Source: Candidatus Omnitrophota bacterium
GTDB taxonomy: Bacteria; Omnitrophota; Gorgyraeia; Zapsychrales; Zapsychraceae
Assembly: GCA_029261065.1 (NCBI GenBank)
Contig: JAJDCB010000011.1
Location: 47,168 to 111,167, forward strand
Reading direction: 5' to 3'
Length of the DNA: 64,000 nt
Positions 39,001-54,000 of this stretch are shown here, in pieces. Every line of letters starts with the position of its first letter. Position 1 is the stretch's first letter. Below the pieces are notes generated by a model. It did no database searches, was not told the DNA's origin, and was given only the letters and a program-made list of their open reading frames with translations. The position numbers were made by a program, and so were the translations under genes.

Positions 39001-42000
39001 AGTAAAGAAGCTTTACATCACACGATCAACCATGACACGCAGGATGATATTATCCAAGCGAAGCATCCGATAACGGGTGTATCTTTAGTAATTAACGCGA
39101 GAAGGGCCAAAGTGATTGCATCTTCACCGCTAGATAAAAATTTACAACCTGACAATGAATATGAAATGAGTTTTCTAGAATGGAATTTTGAACAAGAAGC
39201 TTATGGTCGAATTGTTTTTCAACACCTCTCAGATGGTGTTATAAAAGCCATTACACAAAAACAAAAAATTCACCGTATTCTTTTTGTTGGTACATGGCAA
39301 GCTGATGAAATGGTTCGGGCTTATCAAATCATGAAGGAAAAAGGAGAGACAAGTATAATCTTTGGGGTAGATGTATTCTACAATTTTGAATCTGCGCTCC
39401 GAGGCGCCAGAGAAAATCTCAGTAAAAACGCTGAAGATGTTATCTTAATCCATTCAAATGTTAAGGACATGAAGGGTATAACTTTTGATGAGATTTATGT
39501 CATTGCTCCTTGGCCTGGATCAATCACATATCTACCTCATGTCTGGACGGTTCCAAATATGATTAACCCGTATGAATTTGCAAAGGTGCTAGAGCGACTT
39601 CTTTCTAATAATGGGAAATTGTTTATTGCAACCGAACAACCATTAAAGCGAATTATAATTTTTAGGGAATTATTGAAACTTGGTTTAATTCCAGAAACCT
39701 TTAGCGAAATTATTATAGATGAAATAGAAGCGGGTCTTAAATCCATTGTTCGTACATCGAGTGAATTACCAAACATGACTAAGCCTTCCATAATTATCAT
39801 GACAAAAGAATCAACGCGCGGTAGCTCATCCCCTCTTCATGGAGACATTATAGCCATTCTTATCGGGCTAACTGTACTTATACCTCTTAAGGGATTTGGT
39901 TATATCTATAAAACGATCGGTGAAAGGTTAAAAGCCAAACAAATGCCATATTATGATGGCCAGATGTCCCCAGATATTATTATGGCCATCCGGGGAAGTA
40001 TATTTAAAGCAGGATTGAGTACATTGTTGGTAGTATTCAGCATAGTTTTTTATGCAACAGAATTCCTAGAAGTAGGGGAGGGCATAAACATCGGATATGT
40101 CAAACATATGTCTGTTGTAATTGCCGGTTATTATCTTATCAAGTTGTATAAGAAGTTTAAATATATAGAAAACTATTTGGAGGATCGAAATCAAATTATT
40201 AAACGTAATTTAATTGAAACGGAACATATTGAACAATCCAATTTTTTAAAGCACGCGCTATTAAAAAGGGAACATCAAGATTTGCCTCATAGTGTCTTAG
40301 CGATACACTCATCACCAGAAGAATTTGCCCAAACATTCTCTAAATCTTCTCCCTATTTCATCACATCGCAACTTGAAAAAGCTTCTACTGATAAGATCAC
40401 GTCCACTTTCAAATGGAATACTAGTAGCGATGCGAGTTTTCTTGAAATAATTAGAACTAAAATTGAGACAGAGCTAAATGTCCATGCAGGAGGAATCATT
40501 ATCCCTGTCGTTTTAAGCGGTCACCTTATTAGAAGAGAAGCTCTAGAGATATTTCAAGAGATGTATTTTAGATATGACAAAAAGGTGAGGTTTGTGCTGA
40601 TTATTGATAATTATGATATGTACAATGTTTTAAAAACTCAAAAAACGCAATTTGTCGATCAACACATTGGTGCAAATGTCATTGATTTTATAGCTTTAAA
40701 TAATGAGCAGAGAATAGTTGCGAAAGAGGATGAAGGTCAGGAAATGGACCATGCTCTACCTACATCATCCAGCCCGATGTCCACCGATGGAAAAGGAGTG
40801 TTTAGAAAGTTATCTATTTTGACAGCTTATATAAAGAGAATAGCTCAACCTATCGGTGCTTTAATTGCTATAGGCGTATGGTCTTATGTTCAGGCTGGAT
40901 TAAGTTTAGGGGCTTTTATATCGACCGTTGCGATATTTGTTGGTGCCAGTATTATTTATGGCGATTTTATTGTCAGAGCTTGGGTAACTCGATCTAAAAA
41001 GAAAATTGTGGATCAATTTGAGCAAGTTTTTAGAAAGGAAACGAAAAAAGAGTTCACTTATCAAATGCGTGAAGTTGTTAAGCAAAAGGTCGGCATCGAG
41101 TTGGATTCGCATTGGGGTATACGGTATGTGCCATCTCTTTTAATCGGACTTGGATTATCTGGGGTCGTAGTCGGAAGTCTATTTGTGGACAATATATGGT
41201 TGCCTCTATTTCTTACGGGTATTGTTATTAAGTTTTTTGGTGAAATCATGGGAGAGTTTTTTGGTGAGGTCTTGCAACAATTTTTTGGACTTACCTTTAT
41301 GTATAATCCGGGAAGGGCTAGTGTTCTACGACCTTTAGGAACAGGACTTGCTTTGAGCAGCATTGCATTTTGGCTTATAGAATCTCCGGATATGATTTGG
41401 ATTCTTATCATGTTTACCATTGGATTTGGCTTTTCAAAGATGTCAAAAGGAAGCGATGGCTTAGCCAGTATTATTGTCGGTCCATTATTTGGACTATTAG
41501 GATTTTTAGGATATCTTATCGGTTGGCTCGGACTTCTTTATAACACCGTTTCAGTTAAGTGGGTTAGTCCCATCATGGAAATTGATCTATTGGTTCTTGC
41601 GATCGGTCTTGGGCTAATATATTGGTATAAAAGGTCTTTAGAGGCTCACGCCGATCATATCATCCAACAAGGTTTATCAAACATAGTTCCGCCGGAAGAA
41701 CTCTTAAAGATTTCAGATCATACGCATACAAAGCAATCTTCATCGCCGTTTATAATTATCCCGACAAATTTTACAAAAACTGTTCGACGAACTAAATCCT
41801 TCTTTGGCGAGAAATTGGAGAGTCAAATATTATTTACGAATTTAACTGATCAAGATGTTTATGTGTCTCCAGCAATTCATGAAATTACACTTTTTAATGT
41901 GATTCGTGCATTATTTGAAAATGCATTAGAAGCTTCGATGGAGGATGATGTTTATGTAGAACAAAGGGTTCAAGATAATAGGGTCTCGCTTAGTGTACGG

Positions 42001-45000
42001 AATAAAGGCGAAATTGATTGGTTGCAATTAAGACAAATGGCTATGAATTCAAGTGTTGTCTCTGCTCGAGGACAAATGTTTATAGATGATGGTTATAGGC
42101 TTTTTGACAGAAAGTTAGAACAAGAAGAAGTGGAGGCCATGTCAAATGAAGCATTGCTTTATATCGATTATCTCGGTACGGAAAAAGAAATTAGAGCCGA
42201 TCCATGGAGCATAAGCAAAGAAAGAAGAGGGGGCCAAGGCGTACCATTTATTAATAGTATGATGACAAAATGGAAAGAGGATCTCCAAATTGTTAGTGAA
42301 AATGGTCAAACGAAGTTCACAATTGTTCTTGATATATATACCAGTTCGCCATTAAAAAGTAAAAGCAGACGCTTTAGCAAAGTGGTTCGTATTTCTAGAC
42401 TTGGAGAAGAGACTCGGGTGAGTAATCCTCTCTCAACTCTCAAGACTATTATCTTTCAAAGCAGTCAAATTTTTAGAAAAATTTTACAGTACTTTAGAAA
42501 AGAACAAAAAATTGTCTATAAACCCATTGGCCAAATTTACATGGAAGATCTTATTCGTTTATGGCCCCCTATTCTTCACAATTTAGGACATTCTATTGGG
42601 GCATTTAGATTAAACCTTGAACTTAAGACTAATAAAGCGAGCAGTGAATTAGAAAGAAAATCTGTATTATTAGATAGAAGGCGACTTGAGGGAATCAAGA
42701 AAAAAGCATATGAATCTATTGAAATACATAATCAAATTAGAGGCCGAGACATCTCAGAAATTGATCGTGATCAGCTTATTGTCTTTTCTATGATGGTTGA
42801 GGAAGTAACGTTTCGGGTATTAAACCTTTTAGAGTCTATTAAGAGATACGAAGATAAAACTCTTAACGATACCTCAATGCTTGTGCGCGGAATAATTTCA
42901 CAAAGTCTGAACAACAGTACAGTTTTACAAGAAAGAGAAGTAATTAACATTAATGAAATTATTGAAGAAACGAGAAATGTTTCTCTTGCCTCTCGAGGAA
43001 AAGAACATATAAGAACTAATATAAAATATGATAAAAGTATTCCGAATGTGAGCCTTAAAGTTGCTGATTTTATGCAAGTCATATTAAATTTAGTTATTAA
43101 TGCTTTAGACAGCATGAATGAGATTGAAAAATCCAAACAAACATTAGGTATTAAAACGCAATTTAATAATAGAGCAGTTGAGATTTATGTTAGTGATACG
43201 GGTAAGGGTATTTCAAAAGAGGACCTGCGACACATCTTTGATGAGTATTTCACAACTAAGGGTAAGCAGGGAACAGGATTGGGGTTATTCACTGTTAAGA
43301 CAATTATCGAAAATATGCAAGGTTCAATCAGTGTTGAGAGTGAGGTGGGTCAAGGCACAGTATTTAAGATTACGTTACCATTTGATGCTATTTCTTCACC
43401 TTTAATCGTCAACACAAAACCAGATCTGCTTCTCGATGTAGCACTATCTTTTGTCCTGCTGCCTCTTGGAAATTTTATAGCGCAGTCGGTTAAGATCGTT
43501 TATGGCGTGCAGATGGCATACGATAGTTATGAACTTTCAATCATGTTTGGTGTTGGTGCGTTTTACGGAGCGTTAATTCATATTTATTGGAAATATTTGG
43601 ATGCGAGATTTACGGTTGGATTTGTTAAAACGAAAAAGATTCTTGTTGATCAACTTCTTTTTACGCCACCATTTCATCTTTTAAACTTTGCACTTATGAG
43701 TGTCTTGATGGGGACATGGTTTAATGTTGTAGAAACGTTAGAAACTACAATTCTTAGTGCCTTGATTGTTAATTGGTTATTCTGGATTCCAGCCCAAACA
43801 CTTAATTTAAATACAGTGACACCACAGAATCGTATCAAGTTTGTTTTAGTTGCCAGCCTCTTTTGGATGCCTCTGCTCTCACGTTTTGGACAAGGTGATG
43901 CTAACGGATTTGTTAATGCCGTTTTAAGCCCCGTGTTAAACAACGTGTTTAGTATGCCAATAGATATCCAGTTTCTCCCTATTAATATTTACGTGATAGT
44001 GGCAGGTGCTTTGGCATCTTTTGGGACACTTCTGTTTATTTTAAAGTCTTTGAGATCTCCTTATGAAATTCATCTTAAACGATTGTCGCAAGATAAGTGG
44101 CAGGCTATAAGAACGGGGAATAAGCCATCTGATCTTATGTTGGAGGTTGAATTTTTATCAAGCAGAACGAAAGAACAACATATAAAACAGTTTATAGATT
44201 TATTTAAACGATCTCTTCCTTTTATTAGGATATATAATCTTCTACAAAGAGGAACTATTGAGAGAGTTTTATCCGATGCCAAAAATCGAATATTAATTAA
44301 AGAAAACAATAATGTTGTGGGATTTTATATCTTTGATGAACCCTGGAAAAGTTTGAGGACAATTGGTGTTGATAAACGTTTCAAAGGAAAAGGCATTGTT
44401 GATGTGTTGTTTGAAGATTTAAGAGAAAGATTCCTTACTAGTCGCTCAAAGAAAATAATTACAGGAAGAATAGTGGCGAAATTTTCTAAAAGTATAGGAG
44501 AATTTGAAGCACCTATTGATAAATTTAAAGAAGAAATGGGGATTTTAAGTATTGTTACTCTAGAGGATTTAAGAAAGCCTAATAGTTCTTCAAGCCCACT
44601 TGAAGCAACAGAAATTGATAACATTTTATCAAATTCTTCTTATCAGGGGATTGCTAAAGTGGGTCGATCAGTAAGTCGTTCTTCCAGTTCAATCCGTGGA
44701 CCGACATTAATATTTACAAGGCTTATAAGTTTTGCCTTGGTAGTGAGCATATCTTTAACGCAGCTTTCAGGTTTAGCCGTTCTTTTACCCTCCGCCTTCT
44801 CCCAGTCCAATGATCCTACTGTTTCAGAAGAACTAATCAACGCACAAATGACAAAGTTGATTCAGAAAGTTAAATCAGCAAATGCAGAACAATTAAAAGA
44901 TTATAATCCAGAAAAAATTATACAGGCTTTTCCTTATGCCGTTAATACAAATGAGCGTATGAAGTTGGTTAATGCTTTAAAGATGATTGGGCCCCCAGCT

Positions 45001-48000
45001 ATCAAGCCTTTGACAAACGGTTTAAAATCTGGCAGCGGTTACATACGTCTATGGTCATTGTATACCTTAAATTTAATGAAATGGATTGATGAACCTGCAT
45101 TTGTCTATATTAATGAAACATTAGTCAAAGATTATAATGGGGCTGTGAGGAATCAGGCTATGGAAATTGTTAATACTCATCCAGGATTTGCTTCAAAATT
45201 GACACAAGCTGAAGAAATAACAGAGAAAAAAGAAGATGTTAGTGCTGTCGAAGAAGACCCTCTGGTGGATGAAGATATTGAACCAGAACAAGCTGTGAAT
45301 TTATTAATTAATCAATTTAAAGATCAAGATAGTGAGGCTCAACGCGTGCAATTAGTAAATCAAATAACTGCTTTTGGACAGTCAGCGGTTGATGTTCTTA
45401 AAGGGCGATTAGACGATCCATCTGGATACATTCGGTATTGGGTGATTACGACATTAAATCAGCTTAAGGCGGTAGATAGCGAGGTTTTAGATAATCTTAA
45501 ACAAAAAAGAGAGAGTGATGAAAATTATAAGGTTAAAGAATTAGCCGACGTCATGATTAAGAAATGGAATGATTCTTTTGATAAAACAGCAATTGAAAAA
45601 GCCCCTATTGAGGAAGAGCAAGTTGTAGAAATATCTAAAGAAAAAGAAGATTTAACAAAACAAGAAAAGCTTAAACCAGTTAAGGAAGTCAGTTGGAAAG
45701 AAAAAGTTTTAAGAACTCTTATGTCATGGACGGAAAACATTAATAAAATGAGAAAAAGAGGTGCTGAAATATATAAAAGTATTGAGGTGCAAATAACGGA
45801 TGAAAAGATATATGAGGAGGCCAATAAAGAAATTGAATTTTTAGAAAAAAGGATAAAAGAGATATTTGAAGTTTCCAAAGAGGACTATACAAGGGGTTTC
45901 AAAGAAGAGCTTCAGCATTTAAATCAAAAGATAAAGGACATCAAAGTAAGTATAAATAAAACTTTCAATATATCAAAATATGTCCCACCGAGACGTCCAA
46001 TTGAAAAGAGCAAGAAGACAACTGGCGAATCTGTTATCGATAGAACAATTGATAATGTGGCTCAGCAAACCAAAGAATTACAAGACGCATTGGAGTTTGG
46101 ATATGAGGTTGGTAAACAAAAAATGGAAGAAATATTGTTTGAAAATATGGGTACAGCAGGAGAGGTTATTGCAGAAAGTTATAACAATGCAGAAGCAACG
46201 ATTAAAGAAACAATAGATAAAATTTTAAACGAGTTGGCTCAAGTTTCGATCGAAGCTGAGGATCAAGAAAAAGAAGAGCAGCAGATTATTCAAGAGCAAG
46301 CGGCAAAAGTACAAGAAATTTTACGTTTAATAAAATTATTTACAAACAATGATTATTTTGTCCGTCAACAAGCTGCGTATGATTTGAAGGATATGGGCAG
46401 GGTCGTTGTTCCATATATGCAAAAGAGTTTAAGAAGTCCGAATTCTCAAATTCGTTATTATGCAGCTGACACCCTGAAACTTCTTAACTCAGAAGCCTTT
46501 GAAGCAAGAAACGATTTACGCCAAGCGTTTAGAGTAGAAAGTAATATGATTACAAAAAGAGAAATTGCAAGAGCATTAATAAAGGTAGCTGTAGACCAAA
46601 CCGATGCCGTTTCATTTAATCGTGGGAAAAATAGGACGATGCCGGAAATTATTCAGTTTTTAAAGAGTGATGATGAACAAGTGGTGGATGAAGCTCAAAA
46701 AATCATTTTAAAAAATCTAAATCAAAACCAGGAATGGCTTATCGAAGCCTTGGGGGATACTAATCCTGTTGTTAGGGAAAAAGTCAAAAATATTCTTGAA
46801 GAAAATTATGATACTGTTGCTCTTATTGAGATTTTAGAACAAAAGCTTACAGAGGCTAATTTGAGCCCCAATCATTCTGAAGAATTGTTAAGCTTTCAGA
46901 ATCGCTTAGAGCAACAACTCAAGGGCGAGCCTTCACTCATTGATGATATCTCAGAACTTATTAAAGATATTTCACCTTCCAAACCAGATACTTCAAAAGT
47001 AGATAGGTTAGAGAGGAAACCATCTGATTTTACTTTAATTGGGCTAGTCCTATTACTATATATTTCCCTGTTAATAATTTATCCGTTGAAGCGGCTTATG
47101 GCTCGAAAGAAAATAAAGCTCGAACGTATCCTTACCTTTAAAGAAGCTTTTCAGAGGTCTCGAGAGAGTGTTAAGAATAAGTTCAACAAGAAAAATATAT
47201 TAAAAACAGTTGGCCAAATAATGATCACTTTAATTTTTGCGGGGGCTCTAGTTTCTCTTGAGTTTGGAACGTCTGTCATGCAGGCCTTCACCTCGCGAGG
47301 GGCCGTGATTAATTTGGAAGCGCCGGTAAAACAAGGTAAGACAACAGATTATGTAGATGCCTTAAATCGAGACAGGAGAGGTCCTGGTCCGGGATTCAAC
47401 AATCAGCGTGGAAATAGCATCATTTCCGAAATGGTTGAAGTTTTTGAAAACGATCATATGGAGGTTACGCATATGGTGCATCAAAATTATCCTGTCAGAT
47501 TTTTAAATAATTGGGGAATAACAGCGCCGTATAAACAATTTATGATGGATAGCCATAGAGAAGAATATACATTGGCAGATATGCATAAGGCTTTTCTTAA
47601 TCAGGGAATAGTCATTCTGGATTCAGATATGAAAATAAATTACCGTTATCTTTATAGTTCGGACGTATTTAGAAATTATAATGATCAACGCTTCCATCCG
47701 CTCATTCAAGAGGCTTTTCTTGCCTCGGAATCAAAAATGCATTTTGGAAATCCTGACTACAATTCAGAAATCTATAACAATGTCGTTGAACGTCGAGTAT
47801 TTTTAATGATATTGAAACATATAAATAAATATCTTTTAGACACAAAAAAGAAGGTTGGCGCTGGAAGTACGGTTACTTTACAGACAAGAAAACTAAAAGA
47901 TTCGCCAAATTCAAATTCGGATTATGGGTTAAGCGAGAAAATAAGACAAGCTGTCGGTGGGTTGTTAGACAGTTATTATAATCCAAATTCAAATATGTAT

Positions 48001-51000
48001 ATGGATGGATTGAAAACGAGAAGAGCTTTGGAACAGATTTTCTTAGAATATGTTAATTATGCTTATTATGGTTTTGGAGCTCAGGGTTTTATTGATGCCC
48101 TTGATACGTATTTCGGGATTACAGTCGAAGATTTAAATAAAGATTTAAATCTTTCCGAAGACACAGTGGAAAATATCGATCGAAAAGCCAGGGCTCTTAA
48201 GAAAGTGGCCACATTAGTTTTATTTATTAAAGCTCCAACGAAAGACAGTCGAACGCAATTGTTTAGAAAATTACCAGACTTCCTAATAAAAGGGCGTTCT
48301 TATGAGGAGGTTATTGAAGAAAATTTAAAGCGTGCCAAAGAAACAAAAGCAGAGGACTCTATAACGTATTACAGAAATAGAATGAATGCTTTAAGTAGTA
48401 TGGAAGGTGGAAATTTAGAAGTGATAGAGGAAGGGGAGCTTAAGGAAAAGGAAACATCCGGAAGACTTAATATAGATATCTTAAACCTAATGTTACTGAA
48501 CGGAAAAATAAGTCAGCAGTTATATGATCAGGTTATAGCCCTTCGTTTTGGAGAAAGGTCTGAAGATATCCGTTTTAATTTTGACCCTGATCCAAAAAGG
48601 ACTTTTGAGATAAGAAAGCCCTCTAAATTTATTAAGGAAGGGCAGAATACAATTAATGTGCGTAACTATGTAAATAAAAAACAACTAGAAGCGAAGAGTA
48701 TCCAATTAGATAACAAAGAGGGTAAGAATTTTAAAGGAACAAGTGATACGGTTAATTATGTTATTCGCACGACGACTGATTCTGATCTACAGGCAGCGGT
48801 AAATCAACAAATGGCACAGCTCAGGAAAGAAAATCCTAAATTTGAATATAGTGTTTATTTAGTAGAGTTAGGGTTAGATAAAAACAGGCTTATTGCCGAA
48901 TATGATTCAACGGATGATTATAACGAAAATGGAATGTTGGCAGGTGGTTCAACGGCAAAGGTAAGAATAATTGTTGATTATTTACAACTTATCGAAGAGT
49001 TTTATAAAGATCCAGAACAGGTTAACTTATTAAAAAACATTTATAGTCAGTTATATCAAAAGAATAAAACGTTTAACATCGAAAAAAGAACTTACAAGAA
49101 CCTAAGTTCGCAAACGTCGGTAGAAATGGAGGAGTCCTTGTTATGGTGGTTAGCAAAATATCGAGCAGCGCATCCACAAGCATCTATGGAAGATGTTTTG
49201 CGCGGATCCCTTGAAAGATCTTTTTCTGGTGCCCAAAAAACATTTTATTCAGAAAATGATACGAAGTTTGAACCAGTAAAGCAGTTAAATCAATATCCAG
49301 GATCAGGGAAGACGATGACGCTTAAAGACGCCTTTGCTCGATCGAACAATATTATCTTTGTGAGCCTTATGGAAGAGATTCGAAATGTTGAGATTGCAAG
49401 AGTCGTTTTAAATAATTCACAGAAATCTCTTCAAACACAATTTAAAACAGAATATAACCATATTCCTTTTTCAAAACGAAAAGGAGCTTATTTTCATTTT
49501 CTTGAAGAGAAAGCATTTGAAACGATAGAATTACGATGGCGTGTCTTTGGGTTTGGTGAGCGGAGTATTTATTGGAATGGTAAGGGGGCAGACATTCGAT
49601 TGCGGCCTAATTTGGGTGTTGCTCTGGGCGTTCCAGAATCAGCGTATTCCTTGACCAAATTGATGGTAATGCTACGAGATAACCATCAAAAAGATCAAGA
49701 CCCTTATGATCAATCTATAACGAGAATTGAACAAATAACGATGGGTCCAGGAGCGCCATTTGAAGTTAATATGACAGAGTCAGGTAAGCAGACCGGTAAA
49801 GGGTTTATCTCATTGCCTGTACGACGTCAAGCTTTAGAGCTTCTTCAAAATGTCGTTAATCATCCCAAAGGAACAGCAAGATTTCTTAAGAGTCTTAGCC
49901 AAGGGTTTGAAATGGGTGGAAAAACAGGGACCGATGCTAGTTCTAAAGCGGGGGTCTTTCCGTTTTATTTTGGTAATAATATTGTTGGGACCATCACTGT
50001 TTGGAATCCTAACAACGGAAGCACGGCAAGTAGTTATCGCGCGGTTAAAGTTTTAGGAGAAAATTTATTGCCAGAAATTAAAAAATATAAGAAGAGAAGT
50101 GCAACGAAAAGTAGGATTACGGCAAAGGACGATGCCAAAAATTTTCCCAAATCACATTTCTATGACGGATTGACATGGGTGATATGGGTTCTAGGAGCAA
50201 TAGGATTTATTCTGCCATTAATGTATCTTTATGCCCGATTAGGATATCTAGTTATTAAACAAAGGGTTTTTGGAGTTGTTGCACAGGAGAATCAAGAGGA
50301 AACTAAGATAGTAAAAGAAAAAATGAGTATAGGTGAACGTTATCAACGTTTTAAACTTTCGTATCAAAAATTTAGGAAAGTTACCGTCAATAGGCAGCTA
50401 AGTTTGATATTTGCTATATATCTAAATAGACAAGCAATAAAAAATATTAAACGCAAAAAATTAATTTCGATAATAAAGAAATTTACTTCGTCAAGCTCTC
50501 CATCTAAAACCTCTTCCCCCCTTATTCCAATCAATAGATATGGATCATCGGAGGAAGGTAAGAAGAGAGGGTTGCGCAGGAAATTTATGAGATATTATAA
50601 AAACAAAAAAATATATCTTAAAATAAAGATTCTGAATATTGCAAAGAAAGTGTTTTCTTACAGCACAATAATTGTTTTTAGCATAGTGATTTCCATATTC
50701 AACTTTTCTCAAAGTTTAGAAGCTCAGGCTAAACAAATTGAAACAAGACGTAGCGACTCGTTAAAAGAAGTGCAAAAAAGATTTGGAGGACATTCGCAGG
50801 AAATAAATCTTCGTTCAATGGATGTAGCAGAATTAGAAAAATCTCTTTCTGATGAGGATTGGATAGAAAATATTAATGTTATAAATGAACTAGAAGATCG
50901 TAATTGGAAGCCAAAGACACAGCGAGAAAAGGTTATTTATTTTATTGTTAAAGGTCAATCTTTAGATGCTGCTGCCGAAGGAGAGGCTGCCATTCCGTTA

Positions 51001-54000
51001 CTTGTTAAAGCGTTAAGTACTAATCATGGTTCAATAGTTATGAGTGCTTCCGAAGCATTAATTAAGATAGGTGGCATGGGAGGAAAGGGGGCTATACAGG
51101 CATTTACTGAGGTTGTTCGAAAAGGGCGTTTTAGAAGAGTTAAAAGCGCGGCCGTAGAAGGTTTGGGTAGTTTAGGGGATCCAAAGGCTATTCCTGTTTT
51201 GGTTGAATTTGTATCTGATAGGAAAGGATATGTTAGGAAAAATGTTGTTACGATCTTGGAAAAATTAGGATGGCAACCTGTATCTCAAGAGGAGAAAATT
51301 ATATATTTCTTTGTTAAAGAAGGTTTGGATGAATTAATTAAAATTAGGCAACCGGTGGTCTCCTATATTCTTAAGGTTAATGGGGAGAGAAATAGAAACT
51401 TTAGTGCTTTTGAAGTGATGGTATTAGGAAAGATTGGAGGAATGGAGGCTGTAGAAACTCTTATTAAGTTTGTTCGAGAGAGGGGTAAAGGAAGAGAAGC
51501 GATGGCTGATGCCTTGGGTAGTCTAACGTTTTCTTCAAAACTATATGAAAAATTATTATTGAATGAAAATGAATATGTGATGAGAAAGGTATTACAAGAA
51601 TTTGAGAAATCAGGGTGGCAGCCAGATTCACAAGAAGATAAAATTTTATATTCTTTACTTAGAAGGGATTTGAAAGAATTAGTAAAAATTGGGCAAGCAT
51701 CGATTCCCTATATAATTAAGATGCACGAATATAGGAAAGGAGATGTTTTCCCAGTGATGGTCTTAGGAAAAATTGGAGGACAGGAGGCTATAAAAATACT
51801 CGCTGAGATTGTACGAAATATCAATTTACGCGGAGAAGTCAGAAATGCTGCAGTTGAGGGCTTGGTTGAGTTAGAGAATTTAGATGCTCTTTTTGATTTA
51901 GTTAAATTTTTCAACAAAAATACCTATAATCTGAATTCGGAGGTTAGATACAAAGTTTTTATTAAAATAGGTTTGTTGTTGGCGCAAAAGGGAAGAACTG
52001 CTGAGAAAGAGTTTGCTGATTTCATTTCTTATGTGTTGAAAAATGACAATCTGAATAGTTATGTAATAATTTTGCAAATAGGGCAGCCGGTTGTTCCAGT
52101 GTTAATTAAGCTTCTAGAATTATCTGACTATCATGCACACTCTAGAGAAACAGCCTCCAAGTTACTCATAAAGTTGAATGCTGCGAAAGCAATTCCTATT
52201 TTAGTGAAGGCGCTTGTAGAGGAGAAGCATTCTTTTCCTCGGCAATCATTTAAATTTTCTTTAAAATCTCTTAATGGGTATGAGTCTGAAATTGAAAGAG
52301 AATTATTAAAATATATGGAGTACAAAGATCGTGCCATTAGGCAACGTGTAATAATCTTATTAGAACAGATTCTGTCATGGAAACCAAAAACACAAAAACA
52401 AAAATTTGAATTTTATTTATTAAAGGCGGATTGGAAGTCGCTTGCAGGTATCGGGTCATCGATCATTCCTGCATTAATTCAAGTTCTTGAAGAAGGTACA
52501 AACAAGGAGGAGCTGACATCAATCAGAGCATTAGGAATAATTGGCGATGAGGCGGTTGTTGACCGTATCTTAAATAACTGGGAGATATCTCATTTTAGAA
52601 CAGAAATGGTTAAGGAGATTGCTAAAGCTTTAATCAAACTGGATGATTTAAATAGCTTGGTTGAGCGCATAAATGAATTGGTCACCAGAAAAAGAACTGA
52701 GCTTATAGTAGAAATAGTTAAAGTTACCTCCAATAAAAAGGATTTACTAATATTGTTTAATCAAACGACAAATAACAAAGTTCATTTGGCTATCATTGGA
52801 ATGATTGGAGATATAAATAATATTCAATGGGTGCCTTTTTTAAATTCATTGGTGTCTAATCAATTTAAATATTCGCGCGAGATTAGAACGTACGCTGAAA
52901 AGTCTTTAGAGATTATACGCTCTAAAGTAAGCGCGGAGGAATGGGAGAAGGTAAGAGCTCCGACATTAATGGAAGAATTAGCAAAGATTGATTATCGAAA
53001 ATATTTTTATGCGGTTGGTTTTGGAATGGGAGTCACGGCCCTGTACCATATCATTGTATCCACTATGGGATTATTTTTGTCTTTTATAACATCTATTAAA
53101 TCAAAACGGTTACCTTATTTTCAAACGTTGAAGGAATTTGTTTCCTTGCAGGAGTTCGAGGATACCAATCAAGACATCGTTACCCGGATTGTCAGATTCG
53201 GCATACCTCGATTGGAATACGCCACATTGATTATGATATTTGTAACAGCATTCATTATCTTTTATGGAGTCTTTATTGTCGAAGTCATTACAACATATTT
53301 TCAGTTGATTGCGGTAACGAGCTCGTTATTAATGACATGGTTCTCACTTAATTTGAAGCCTGTATTACGCGCATTAAGGAAAATTGTGCGTATCATCTCT
53401 TTTCCTGTTGTTTATTTGAAATTTCTTTGGAATTATATTTTCTCTGGATTTACAAAACCAGAGCAATTCTTTATGTACAGACGGTTGCAGTTTCAACAAG
53501 GAAAAGAAATTATGAAGGGCATTGAACAACGACTCTTAAAATATACATACGAAGATCGTTCTCAATTGAGACCGACAATTCTTGAAACAGTTTATCAATA
53601 TTCAAATAAAGGAAGAAGTGTTGAAGTATTACTTACGGGTATTGTTCCAGCAGTTTTAGCATCATCGGAAACATTTCAAGAGTATCAAGAGAAAATGGAG
53701 CTCATCATCGGTTCGGATGGAATATTAGAGCAAGCTGAAGCTCGTCATAATCTTTTTGATGAAACTATTGCAAAAGAACTTCAAGTTTATATTTCAGACA
53801 AGAATTATGTGCTTAGTTTAGAGAAATTGCAGCTTTTAAAATCTATTATTGTTATAACCTCGGAAAAAAGTGGGCTTATCCTAAAAGTTTTAAATAAGAA
53901 AGTTGTGACTTTAGAAGAGATTGAACCTTTTATTAAAATTTTACCTTATAAAAATGTCTTAGCGCATATTGTTGGATTATTTGGCGTGAATTCTAAACTT

